DNA of 63,552 nucleotides, filler included, from Gonapodya sp. JEL0774 (taxonomy: Eukaryota), in the NCBI GenBank assembly GCA_027604505.1. It is 18 parts of 18 records of this genome, joined end to end, with 100 filler letters (N's around TTAATTAATTAA, not from the genome) between each part and the next. Parts side by side here need not be neighbours in the genome. Positions count along the whole stretch, not along the records: positions 49,547 to 52,975 come from JADIIX010001296.1; positions 53,076 to 56,504 come from JADIIX010001297.1; positions 56,605 to 60,029 come from JADIIX010001298.1; positions 60,130 to 63,552 come from JADIIX010001299.1; 14 more parts are not named here. One strand, given 5' to 3'. Made by a program: the position numbers and the translations under genes. Positions 50,754-61,971 of the stretch are shown here, in pieces (the first letter of the stretch is position 1; each line of letters starts with the position of its first letter). The notes under the pieces are model-generated. The model saw nothing but the letters and a program-made list of their open reading frames with translations. It had not been told where the DNA came from and made no database searches.

Positions 50754-52643
50754 TTATCCGCGCCATACGGAGTCCATTGACTGCTCTCTACCGAGACCCC
50801 TCTGAACTGAAGATTCTCCATTTCTACTCTCCAGACTATGTGTCTCACTTTCTCCAATTTCAGAGCTGAATCCCTCTTTATGTTCCATGGCGTCCATTGG
50901 TGCCTGAAACAAGAGCCATCCAAATAACTCCGCCCTTCGCAGCCACTTCAGACTGGCTACACAATCTCCACGAAGCAACTTTAGGACTGCGATTTCTCGA
51001 ACCACACGATGAGCCATCCGTGTAGCCGCCCCGTATTTCATTGCCGCTGGTAGCTTCCCAACAGAAAGCGTTGAAAGAGTTTCTTGAGTGTGTCCGTGAG
51101 ACGCAGGGAGGCACGCAAGGTCCACGAATATGAGAGCTTTGTTGTAATGGTACTCCCCGTTTTCGAAATCCTTCATAGTTGGATCCCCATATGTGAACAC
51201 ACGACCAGCCAAGAGGTACATGAACGAAAATGAAATTGCAAGGTTTGCGTCTGCCATCCCCCAGAATTCCGCACCTCGCTCCTCCGTGGTCGGGGTAGCC
51301 CCTGCCCGTACAACTCGAGTCTCCATTCTTTTAATAATGGAGAGATGATTGTCGATAAACTCCCGTAGAGGGGTCTTTGGAACTGGTGGGACTTCGGGTG
51401 TTGCGCTTTCAGAAGTTGGGGAGAGGACATCTGAACGAGGAACTTCCGGTTGCACAAAGTTCGCAACCTGAGACTCCGGAGCCTGGGATTTCCTGTCGGG
51501 ACACTCCGCGGCTTTTATCTCCTTCTCGTCAGGAGCGTTCCGAAACAACATCCCCTGAAGCACAGCGGAGGAAGCCACCTTCATGTACTTGGCACACGCC
51601 AAAAGCACCTGCAGTCTCGCGTACGTCGTCAAAGCAACAACATCTTGTGGCTCCTCTTTCAAGAGGCTTTCGAATTCCAACAAACGAGGTCGAATCACGA
51701 TTATGAGGTGGGAATACAGGGCTCGGGAACAGTCGGAAGTACTATCGACGACGACTTCACCAAAGCGAGGGGAGCGAAAAAGAAGGTACGTAGCGATCTG
51801 GCTCGGAGTACAGATGTCCTTTGAGTAACGAGGGTGTTTGGCAAGCAAGCACCACACACCTCGATAAACAACTCCCTGGATAATCGGGTGAGCTTGGAGT
51901 GCAAGGACCGCTTCAACTTGACAAATCTCTTTTTTTCATTGAAGGTCCACAAATGGCGCAGCGCCTCCAAGCAGTGGGATTTGAGAGATGCCGGGGACTT
52001 CTTGGGTTGGTTTGGGAATCCTGTTGGTCCCGACCATACTTGTGCAAGATCCCTCAAAGAAATTACTCTGACATCACGGCTAAGAAAATCCATGGTGAGA
52101 TAGCAAAGGTGCAGGTTGCTCATATCATCGTCGAAAGCGTTGGCGCGAGCACCCGCGAACGCCAACGGCGTAGGATTCCACTGACAACACCGGATAGTGC
52201 TAGTGAATTAGAATATCGCGGAGCAGAGAAATGCATTACACCGACATTTAGACTTGAGAAATCGCACACAGTTTCGGAACTGAAGGAAACGGAGTGCGGT
52301 CGCTTCGCCTTTTCAGCTTCCCAGGCCACCCTTTCCTTGGCACACCACTTCTTGTGGCGGTTCCAGTGTTTTCGTTGACACTACAGAGAGGGAGCAAATG
52401 TTATGGGTGCAATTCCGCGAATCGATGATGAATCATGGCAGAATCAAGGAGTTGGGAAGTGTTGACAACCCTACTTCCCACCTTTACGTCGCAGTACAAA
52501 GCGACCTTGCAAACCGTGCATTTCATCATTGTTCCCTTACTTTCCTCTTTTTGAACTTCTCCACAAGATGAGCAGAATGGCTGCACGTGAGTTGAAAAAT
52601 AGTCTGCCCGATTGTCGGATCCGTTTGGGAGCAATGGGGCCAC
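50754..52643 (-). CDS. N-terminal MYND zinc-finger protein with helical/TPR-like C-terminal region; start uncertain
   Basis: CSSC..MKCTVCKVALYCDVK|CQRKHWNRHKKWC, followed by helical exons and the 367-codon ORF. Confidence 0.75.
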
Positions 52644-53599
52644 CTCTCCTCAATCGGCACGCGAAACAATATGCGATGCGAAGCCAATGGTACATGGGTG
52701 AGCACGAGAGCGGAAAGGTGCTGCCGCATTGGCGCGCATGCCGTCCGACAACGACGTTTGGTTCGAGTTCATTACCAAGAATTCCATTGGATGAACACTA
52801 ACACAAACACAACTGAGCACCACAATCAAATGTCTAGCTATCTATCTGACGTCCAATAGCTCGAGCTCCGAAAGGCATTCTCCCAGTTCAATATTATCAG
52901 CAGGTGTTATTCCATTTCCATGAACCCACAGTTCATGCCCAATCCCTACGACCGCAAGCAAGTTAACCAATGTGTNNNNNNNNNNNNNNNNNNNNNNNNN
53001 NNNNNNNNNNNNNNNNNNNTTAATTAATTAANNNNNNNNNNNNNNNNNNNNNNNNNNNNNNNNNNNNNNNNNNNNCAAGGATGGAGCTTGACGAAATTTT
53101 CGCAAAGTATGCCTGACGGATATGTAAGCGAAAGCATTCGGGTACCGTGTGGCGTTGGATCGTCTACGTCTTCAGTAGAAGTGAAAAAGGTCCGTGCAGT
53201 GCGAGTTATACTAAATCCTGAGGAGGATTGGGGTGAGGCCGACGATTGATATGTATGTGGGAACAGTTAAGTTGATTTTGATCTGGCGGCTGGAACACAC
53301 GGCACAGGCAAGGGATCACTTCTTCATGTTTTTCGGACCACTTTTTTACCAGTGATATACAATAAAACCACAGAAGGAACACTATTATTTGACTTGTCTG
53401 TATACTTGAATCGCGCATATGAGTGTGGTTAAGGGACCGGCTCTGGAGTATCGGTTGGTTTGGAGGTAGCGGAGAAAATGTGAGGACATATGAAAGATTG
53501 GATGCATTTTCACGCACAAGATATTGTGGCATTTTTTTGCTTGCATGGTCCATCAAGAACTGGTCACAGCATTCAAAAGTTTCCCCGAAACCCCTCAAC

Positions 53600-56504
53600 A
53601 TGCAAGCCCGCGCTCGCGCTTACAAGATGGTCAAGGCAGAGAATACGCATCTGGCCGAAAATCTAGTAGACGGTGTCGCGGGCGTGCTGGACGTCGTCTC
53701 CAAGCTCACCTCGATCCCCATATTTGGAGCATGCGCTGAAGCCCTCCGCGCTGTCTATACGGTTGCCAAGGACTACAAGGACAACAAGGAGCTCGTTGCC
53801 CGTCTGGCCAGCCGCTGCGCTCTGCTCGTCAAAGCAATCGCGGACCGCATGGATGGCCGGGAAAATGGACTCCGGGAACCTCTAAGAACCCACGCACTCA
53901 AGTTCACTGAGTACGTCGCTCCTGTCACAACTCTAAACAATGTTACTCAGCACCGCTCTGATCAATTTAGGTTCTTGAAAGAAATCGCAAACTTTCTCGA
54001 GACCGTAAAAGGCAAACCAAAGTGGTCTCGCATTATCAACAGCAGCCGAACGCGCAAGGAAATCGAAGAGCTTAGCAACCGACTCCAGGTCATGGTCAAC
54101 GATTTCCAGGTATGTCGACTTTCTCCACCCAGCATGAACCAATACTCACGTTAACTTGCAGCTCGCAGCTGCGCTTAACATTGAAAGGTGGGCAGCGGAA
54201 AACGACACTGACCGCAGTGCCGCAGAGACCGCTTCCCAGCAGATGCTCGAGCAGTTGCTCCAGAACGACGCCTCCATCCTCACAATCCTGGAAATTGGGA
54301 ACGCCCGTAACGTCCAAGGATTCGAGCAGATCTTCGAGGTTCTGCACAATATCCAGGCGACCATGAATATCAGTGCAGCAACACCTCGAGAACGTGACCT
54401 TCTCGCCAAGGCCCGGACCTCGCTCGTCCGTTTCTCTGGAGGCGATCTGAAGGAGTCTCCTTGGCATACCCCTGAGAATGATATTGTCTTGGATGAAACA
54501 CCATTTACTTCAGGCGGGTACGGGGAAGTATTTGTCGCAACATGGGGTGGGACACGTCGAGTTGCAGTCAAACGCCTTCTTGTCAAACATCCTGACGAGA
54601 AGTTGAAGGCTGTGAGTTCTTGATCGTCCCGATGCACTGAAATGTTCTTGAGTTCCCAAGTGTGTGTCATATTCTGCAGTTGCTTCGCAACGAAGTGGGG
54701 CGTTGGTACCACCTCCGACATCCTAACATTCTGCCACTCTTTGGAGCCAACCTTATAGCCCAGCCTCCGTTCATGATTTCACCGTACATGCGAAACGGCA
54801 ACCTTATCACGTACCTTACAAACCATTCAAATGCTGATCGCGTGGATCTTCTCTACGACGTTGCATGCGCCCTCCATTACCTCCACGGGAAAGGTATTCT
54901 TCACTGCGACCTCAAGGGTTTCAATGTGTTGGTGGATGACCTTGGGAACGCCCTCGTGGCCGATTTCGGATTCGCTACCGTTACGACTCGAGTCTCTATC
55001 CTTAGCAAAGCTTCCCGGCCAGGAACACGAAGATGGATGGCTCCTGAACTCTTTTCAGAACGACCCAAGCTATCGGAAAAATCGGACGTATACGCATTTG
55101 CAATGACCGCATACGAAATGTATACTCTTCAAGTGCCCTTCCCCACTGTCATGGAAGATGCCGTAGTGCCGATCATCGAGCGGGGTAGAAGACCTAACAT
55201 TGAGACGTATGAAGATCTTGAGGATCTTCCAGACGATGAGAAGGCCATGCTCGTGCCGATGCCCGACCCTATCAAGGACCTTGTCCTGCAATGCTGGGCC
55301 CCACTGCCAGAAAATCGTCCCACGTTCGCTGCGGTGGTTGGATACCTGAAGAGATATCACCCACGCCTGTCGGATCCGCAACAACCGTCGCGGGTCTCAC
55401 CGTCCGCAAAGAGTCACCCAGGTATTGCACTTTCGGCTCCAGTAGTTTGGCAGCAATCGTCTATGCCGGGAACCTTCCGCAAGGAACTTGCAGCTTCTCC
55501 TGACCCGCAACCTCCCACGCCTTCCATGCGTTCCGCAAAGGCTGACTCGGGTGTTGCTCTCTCGACACCAGTAGTACGACTAACACCGAGTATGCCAGCC
55601 TCTCCTCGGACTTCCCAGACATGGCATCTGGGGCATGATAGTTTTGAAAGAGACATGCAATCGCAACCCCGAGCTGGATATAATGTCAAGGAGAGGCAGT
55701 CAGCTGCGGATGCCAGGGCTCGCGAGTCGGACATGCAAGAAGCCCTGGACGTGCCTGAGAGGCGGCAGATGGAAATAGAGTCTCAGCGACTAAAGAGCGA
55801 AATTGAAAGATTTCAGCGCTCCTCTCAAAGTCCTCGAGAACTCAACGCAGACGAAAAGCGACTACCACAAGAGCTACAAAATGCGTTGAAGGATTTATAT
55901 GGCGAAAGCTCACTTTTTCTTGATCTAAAGAGTAAGTGGCATATCGGTCCACGACAGCTCGAGGGATTTCTCCGACAAAGTGTTTCGGGAACAGAGATTG
56001 ACGATAACGGCACCCGCGCTATTGCTGTGGCGCTCAAAGATAACACCTCTCTTATAGGATTGACAATTACAGGTAAGAGAATAGAAGCTCGTACATTCCG
56101 ATGGCGGCTATTATAACACTCTCCTCTACGCGACTATGCCACATCCACTCGTAACATTAGGGGAAAGAAACAATCACAATGACTGGGTGGTGGAATTCAT
56201 ATCCAACCTTCCAGCCTATCAATTTGTTGCAGTAGCATGTGCGTATGAGAGGAGGGCTCGCAGAACGAGGACGCTAGTGTTCACGTTATGCTGTCTCTAG
56301 TGCGGACTGATCCTTCAAGTGTTGGCGACGTCGGTGCTCAAGCGCTTGCGGTGGCGCTCAAGGCGAACACGACCCTTACGAGCCTGATGTTCAGTGGTGA
56401 GTGCATTGTGGAAGTCGTCCGGCGTTCAAGAAAGAACGGACGACAACGGGAAAAGAGTGTTCTACGTTCGCCGCACACGTTCGTGTACGTGCTGACACAG
56501 GCCC
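53600..56504 (+). CDS. MLKL-like four-helix bundle + TKL protein kinase + RI-type leucine-rich repeats, 3'-truncated
   Basis: N-terminus SIPIFGACAEALRAVYTVAKDYKDNKELVARLASRCALL..EIEELSNRLQVMVNDFQ; kinase SGGYGEV, VAVK, HPNIL, HCDLKGFN, DFG, GTRRWMAPE, SDVYAFA; LRRs IDDNGTRAIAVALKDNTSLIGLTI and VGDVGAQALAVALKANTTLTSLMF. The kinase call is certain; the bundle call is by pattern. Confidence 0.88.
55373..55600 (+). repeat. Imperfect 129-bp (43-codon) tandem duplication in the kinase-LRR linker
   Basis: DPQQPSRVSPSAKSHPGIALSAPVV..SMP (from 55373) versus DPQPPTPSMRSAKADSGVALSTPVV..SMP (from 55502). Confidence 0.8.
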
Positions 56505-56604
56505 NNNNNNNNNNNNNNNNNNNNNNNNNNNNNNNNNNNNNNNNNNNNTTAATTAATTAANNNNNNNNNNNNNNNNNNNNNNNNNNNNNNNNNNNNNNNN
56601 NNNN

Positions 56605-57955
56605 ACCACGCGACTGCTGTTCTCGCGTCCTTCTCCACACCCTGCCCAATGCGGTAGCGAACACCAAGGTCATACTGCGCTGCAGCGTGGCCCTGGTCTG
56701 CGGCCTTCTTGCACCATGCAACTGCTGTTCTCTCGTCTTTCTCCACGCCCTGCCCATTCTTGTGGCAGACACCGAGGTCGTACTGTGCCATCGCGTCCCC
56801 TTTCATGGCTTTATCGTAGAGCTTTCTGGCGTCGTCATTTTGAGGAGGAGTGAACATATGAATCTCCAACAGGACCAGGTGTTCCAAGCATGTAACAAAG
56901 TCGTGGGGGGCGGGGCGTTCTGCGGGATCTTGATCCCAAGATTTGAAAATCAGCTTGCAAAGGTCATCAGGCATGCTGCTTTTTCGCGACAGGTTGGGTC
57001 TTTCCCCGTTCTGAATGATAGCCTCATAAAGATTCTGCCCCTTGTAGTCACTATATGGCTTTGCACCGTCGTTCCAGATCTACGGAGGAGTGGGTGTTGG
57101 ATTTGTGAATGAATTCCATTTTACTACTTGCCGCTCACCGTACTGAAAATGACTGCGAGCGCGTACACGTCTCCACTTCTCGAAGGTGGCGACTGCATAC
57201 CTCCATTCGCATGATATGAGAGCCACTCCCGAAGCCGCTCTGGAGGCAAATACACCGCAGTCCCAGCACGTGTTTTATCCCCGGCAGACATCATGGTGGC
57301 TTCAGCGTTTCCTGCACGACGGACCTTTGCGAATCCAAAATCCGCCACCATTGGGGTTCCATTCTCGTCAATAAGAACATTTTGCGGCTTGAGGTCAGCA
57401 TGTGTGACTCCGTGGTGATGTATGTGTTGGAGCCCCTTGGCTGTTCCGAGCATCTGAGAGGGGCATAACCCTTACCCCTTGAGCTATTGGTCATCGGTAC
57501 AGAAAAATAGAGCTCACCAGTTGGTACTTTTCGAGGTCACTGAGTTTCCGTGAGTCCAAATATCGCTGCATGTCTCCCTTGCTAGCGTACTTGCATACAA
57601 GGGATGGCGCCTGGCCTTCGTAGAAGATGCCATACAGGGTGAGAATGTTTGGGTGCTTCGGAATGTTCCACCATATCTTGATTTCCTGGAGAAAGTCCTA
57701 TGCCCTTTGTTTGAGTAACACCAACTGACAGTTCAATGAGCAAAAGGTGCAACATCGACTTACTCGAATATTATCTGCAGATGCTGTGGCAAGAGATTTC
57801 ACAACGACCTGTACGCTCGAACCCAACAAAGCGTTGCCTTGGCGCCAGGTTGCTCTCACCGCTACACCATATCCCCCGACACCAAGAATGGACGCGGTGA
57901 GTCGAATTTTTCTGAGGATTGCCGGATCCGTGGAACTTGATCCACTGGACAACAT
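56605..57955 (-). CDS. TKL-like protein kinase with C-terminal Sel1 repeats, 3'-truncated
   Basis: LGVGGYG, VVVK, HPNIL, HADLKPQN, ADFGF, GTAVYLPPE and GDVYALA, then AQYDLGVCHKNGQGVEKDERTAVAWCKKAADQG / AQYDLGVRYRIGQGVEKDARTAVAW. Confidence 0.93.
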
Positions 57956-60300
57956 TGCGCTCTGTAGCAGCTATTAGAATCGTGTCTGAAAGGCAATCAT
58001 GGATCCAGCGTGATGTTCTGATGTTCTGTACGGTGCTCTGACTCGACCCGGCCACAGCGCACCAACAGAAGGCAGTAATGGTTCTATGTAATCATCTGAC
58101 GTATCACTTGCACAGAATGATGGAACCGCCAAACTCGACACAAATTAATTCAAGCACCAGCGGGAGGCCCGCGGAAAGCACAAGATAAACTATACAAGCT
58201 ATTCTGATGCTGCCTTGTGCTGTATGTGCTGCCCCCTGCCACATTTCAAGCAATGATGCTGGGATGAGGGCCCACGATAACCATGAAAACAAAGGCGTCG
58301 GGTAAAATGAATTGTTTAGCCGGAACATAAAATAGTGCGTATTCGAGGTTTCCAGATTGCCACTGGGTGGTCCTTGAGCAAAGAAGGTCACAAAGTGTAC
58401 CTACCACCATCCCACCCTCCCCACCGCCCAGCGTCCCGCCTGCGTGTCCACCGCCAATTCGACATTCCCCATACCAAAAAGAGACCTGCACACCACCCAT
58501 CCCTCCACGTCCATGGAGCAGGGTTTGTCGGTTTGCGGGGCGTCGGGCGTAGAGCCGGTGGCCGGTGCGAGGGGGCACAGTGTTGAAGGTGGGAATTGGA
58601 ATGAAGGCGGCGGTGGCGGACGGCGGTGGCGGTGGGTGAAGTGTAGGTGGTGTGTCCCCCGTTTCAAGATCACGCCAGGTCGTCGCCTCCCGCCCGCCCC
58701 ACACCCCTTCTCCAATCTCATATCTCACTCTCGACCTATGGCCCATGACCCACGACCCATCTCGCCCAAAAAAACCCTCCACTCTCCACCCTCTCCCCTC
58801 GGGGCTCGGTCCAGTGCAGGTGCACAGCCGGGCTGGTCAAGACTCAAGGCTCAAGCTCCCTTTGTGCCTCCTGTGGCATCAGGCGGTTGTAGCTGGGATC
58901 GGGTGGGGAAGGCGGAGGAGGGGAAGTGGAAAAAGTGAGCAACCGTGTGTGTGAAAACTCTCGGGACGAGTACGGGTGTGATGGGTGAACGTGCACGCCG
59001 GCCACCAACCCGTGACCCAGGCCAGCAGCGTGGCCCATGGGTGGTGCAGGTCTCCGAACTCCGAACCGCCTGTACGGGGTGTGAGTTGTGCCGGCACCCT
59101 CGGAAGATCTTACTCACCAGCCCACCGGGAACCATCACCTCCACACACTACCACACGCCGATACCGATACATCTCGTGTCCGGACTCGAAACTCAATACA
59201 TACCGTCAAGATACAGACGCGACCCGCCGACCAGCCCGCGGCAAACGGGAGTGTGAGCGCGTGAAGCGGCAGCCCATCTATCGGAGCAGGAGGATCTACG
59301 GTACAAGTGTAATGTGACAAGAGCTGTCGGCAGTATGCACGCAGTCGCGGCGTGAGAAAGTCTCAAGGGTGAAGTGTGGCGTGCGGATGGGGGGGCCACC
59401 GAGCACGGCACATCACGCGTTTGCAGTGCCGTTAGGGAGTTTTCAAGACTGGCAACATCGGAAGACGTGGGCTTGTGGTGTGTTGCAAAGCGGACATTGT
59501 CGAGCCTGTTCCGTCCGGTGTGCGGGAGAAACAGTGCCTTTCGACGGCGCCATCACGTCCCCGACACCGGACAGACTTTTCACTGCGATCCTCCTGCACT
59601 TACTGGATTTTCTGTTGTTGTGTTTTGTCATTTTGTTATTTCGAGGTAACAACGCGATGGGTAATTTTCCTCGCTCTGCCTGCACAATTTCGGAAGTCTG
59701 AACCCCCAGTCACTTCCCCCTCTCCCGCGTCCTCGGCACGTGTTCAAGCTCAAGCGCTGCATTAAGGAGCTCACAAACCTCTCTCCGTTCCCGTCCGTCG
59801 TTTTGCCCCGCTCGTGTAGCACCGAATTCTATCCAAGATCCTCCATGATGACGGACTTGGTGGCCGAAGGTTCTTGCCAGGCGGAAGATCGTGGTCGTTG
59901 GTGGTTGTGGGACTCGACGAGGAGCGCGTACGATGAACGCGCACTCATGGACGGGCACACTTGGCCTCCCCCGCTGCTGCCCACCCGTGTGGGTTTTGCC
60001 AGACCAAGCAATCTGAAAACACCAACAACNNNNNNNNNNNNNNNNNNNNNNNNNNNNNNNNNNNNNNNNNNNNTTAATTAATTAANNNNNNNNNNNNNNN
60101 NNNNNNNNNNNNNNNNNNNNNNNNNNNNNCCCCCAGCAAATCTGTTTCCGGCACGCTCAATATATTGGAGGGGGGGGCGGATGTTTTCTCCTTGAAAGGG
60201 TCCCTGACCGATTGCCGCGACCCACCAAATTTTCATTCCGACACACAATCACATTCTCCACAACACCACACTTCCCACGCATTCCATCTCACGCAGCACG

Positions 60301-61971
60301 ATGTCTGATACCGTGAGTATCACCGATCTGCGGGTTTGGTGGCGCCGGGTTTTGGCTTTCCCTATCGATCAGGCTTGCAGTGGAACTCAAACTCAAAACG
60401 CTCTCCCCGCCGTCCGCCATCACCCTTCCCAGGCACCACCAGCCACACACCCTTCACCCTCCACCCCCCATCCCAGCACCCTCACGCTCGTCCCGCCCGA
60501 GCCCCCGCATTCTCCCCACCTTGTTCCCCTCCCCACCAACTCCCGCACCTCCCTCTCCAAACCCGTCCCAACCAAGCCCCCCCACGACCACGACGTCATC
60601 AACCACCTGCACAAAGACCACCACGATGGGGACGAGGATTCGGTCTACTTTGCCCACTGTGTGGACAAGCGTGGGGTGTCGGACTTGCCGTGGTACGCAA
60701 AGAAGAGGGTGAGGCATTTCATCAGTACCGATAAGTTCCATACGGTGATTATAGGGATGGTGGTGTTTGAGTGAGTGTGGGGGCGGGGAGTGGGGTGGGA
60801 TGTGGTTGGGCGATGAAGGTAGTTCGGGCCGGGCTGAATTGGCGAGTCACGTTTCACGAACCTGACCAGCCATACCCATTTATTCTCGCCCTTTGAAACA
60901 GCTTGGTGATCGTCTTTATTGAACTTATAATAGGTGAGCGCACATTGGTGTACCGCTGCATGTCTGATCCGATGCATTCAACAACGTCCACGCGATCCAA
61001 CACCTCCCCACAGCCATCCTCTCCTCCTGCACGCCCAAATACGAAGAGGGCTCTCACTCGATCCCCACCACGTCCGAGTCGTCTCTCGACCAAATCTCGA
61101 CCGAGGCCGGAATCGCGTCAACGACGTCGCCCTCGTGCACCCCACCCTTTGCCGAAACCGCTGCCCTGGAAGACGGGAAACTGTTCTTGTTTGCGCTCTC
61201 TGTGGCCATTCTGTTCTTGTTCACGGTGGAAATATCCGTCAATGTGTACGCAAGGGGGTGGAGGATCTTCGTCAGGTCGTGGGTCAGCATACTGGATGCG
61301 GTGGTGGTTGTGGCATCCTTGGGTGAGTTAGAACACGGTCCCCGCATTGAATATGCATCGATTGCGAAATGGAGTTGACCGATTTTTTGCTCGATCGGTT
61401 CTCTCACAGCCATGGAGCTCGGGTTCCGATTCAGCGGGTTGGAGCAGAGCGGTGTAGGGGGGGCGATCGTGGTCTTGCGTGTATGGAAGATCGTTCGAGC
61501 AATGCACGCTGTTGCTCATTCGATTGAGATGAGGGTGAGTGTCAAATTTCTGGTACGGAGATTCTGTTGTGTGCGAAATGCTGGACGTTCAACCTCCCCC
61601 GGCAGAACCAACACGTGATCCGCGCTATCCGTCACGCCACGCGTTCTACCAACGCCGTCACTGCCAATTTGATCAAAGTATACGCCATTCAACGCCGGGA
61701 ATTCCTGCGCCTCAACGACCAACTGAGCCGCCTGCAGTCCAAGTCCCCCGACCTGGCCGACGCCGACATTTCGGCAAAGATGGCGGTCGTATTCGACACC
61801 GTGGATGACCAGCTCGAGAGAATGAAGAAGCAGGTGGAGATTGTGCAGGATGAGGAGATGCACGAGTTGGTGGACGTGCTCAGAGAGGTGGAGCTGGACG
61901 ACGACGATGATCGGGAACAAGCGGCGGTGAGGAAGGAGATGATCGAGGTGCAGGTTCCTCCGCAGCAATGA
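60301..61971 (+). CDS. HVCN1: Voltage-gated proton channel Hv1
   Basis: S1 FHTVIIGMVVFD|LVIVFIELII (Asp codon GA|C split by intron 60771-60901), S2 ILFLFTVEI, S3 ILDAVVVVASL, S4 VLRVWKIVRAMH, C-terminal coiled coil, no pore domain. Confidence 0.88.

Noticed and set aside
53600..57955. Kinase-LRR and kinase-Sel1 genes appearing tail-to-tail as a sensor/helper pair
   Set aside because: They are on different contigs separated by linker 56505-56604; the adjacency comes from length sorting.
58000..60029. GC-skewed region with many short ORFs, possibly a transposon end or ncRNA
   Set aside because: No terminal repeats, transposase/RT motifs or RNA structure that I could support.
3449..60129. Regularly spaced TTAATTAATTAA palindromes about every 3.5 kb, suggesting a repeat array or CRISPR-like structure
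   Set aside because: Always embedded in 44 N + 44 N; a synthetic six-frame-stop linker between size-sorted contigs.
60760..60774. Apparent Asp-to-Glu change and premature stop in Hv1 S1 (ORF track ends VVFE*)
   Set aside because: A GTGAGT donor at 60771 and an AG acceptor at 60901 restore GAC (Asp) and the reading frame.
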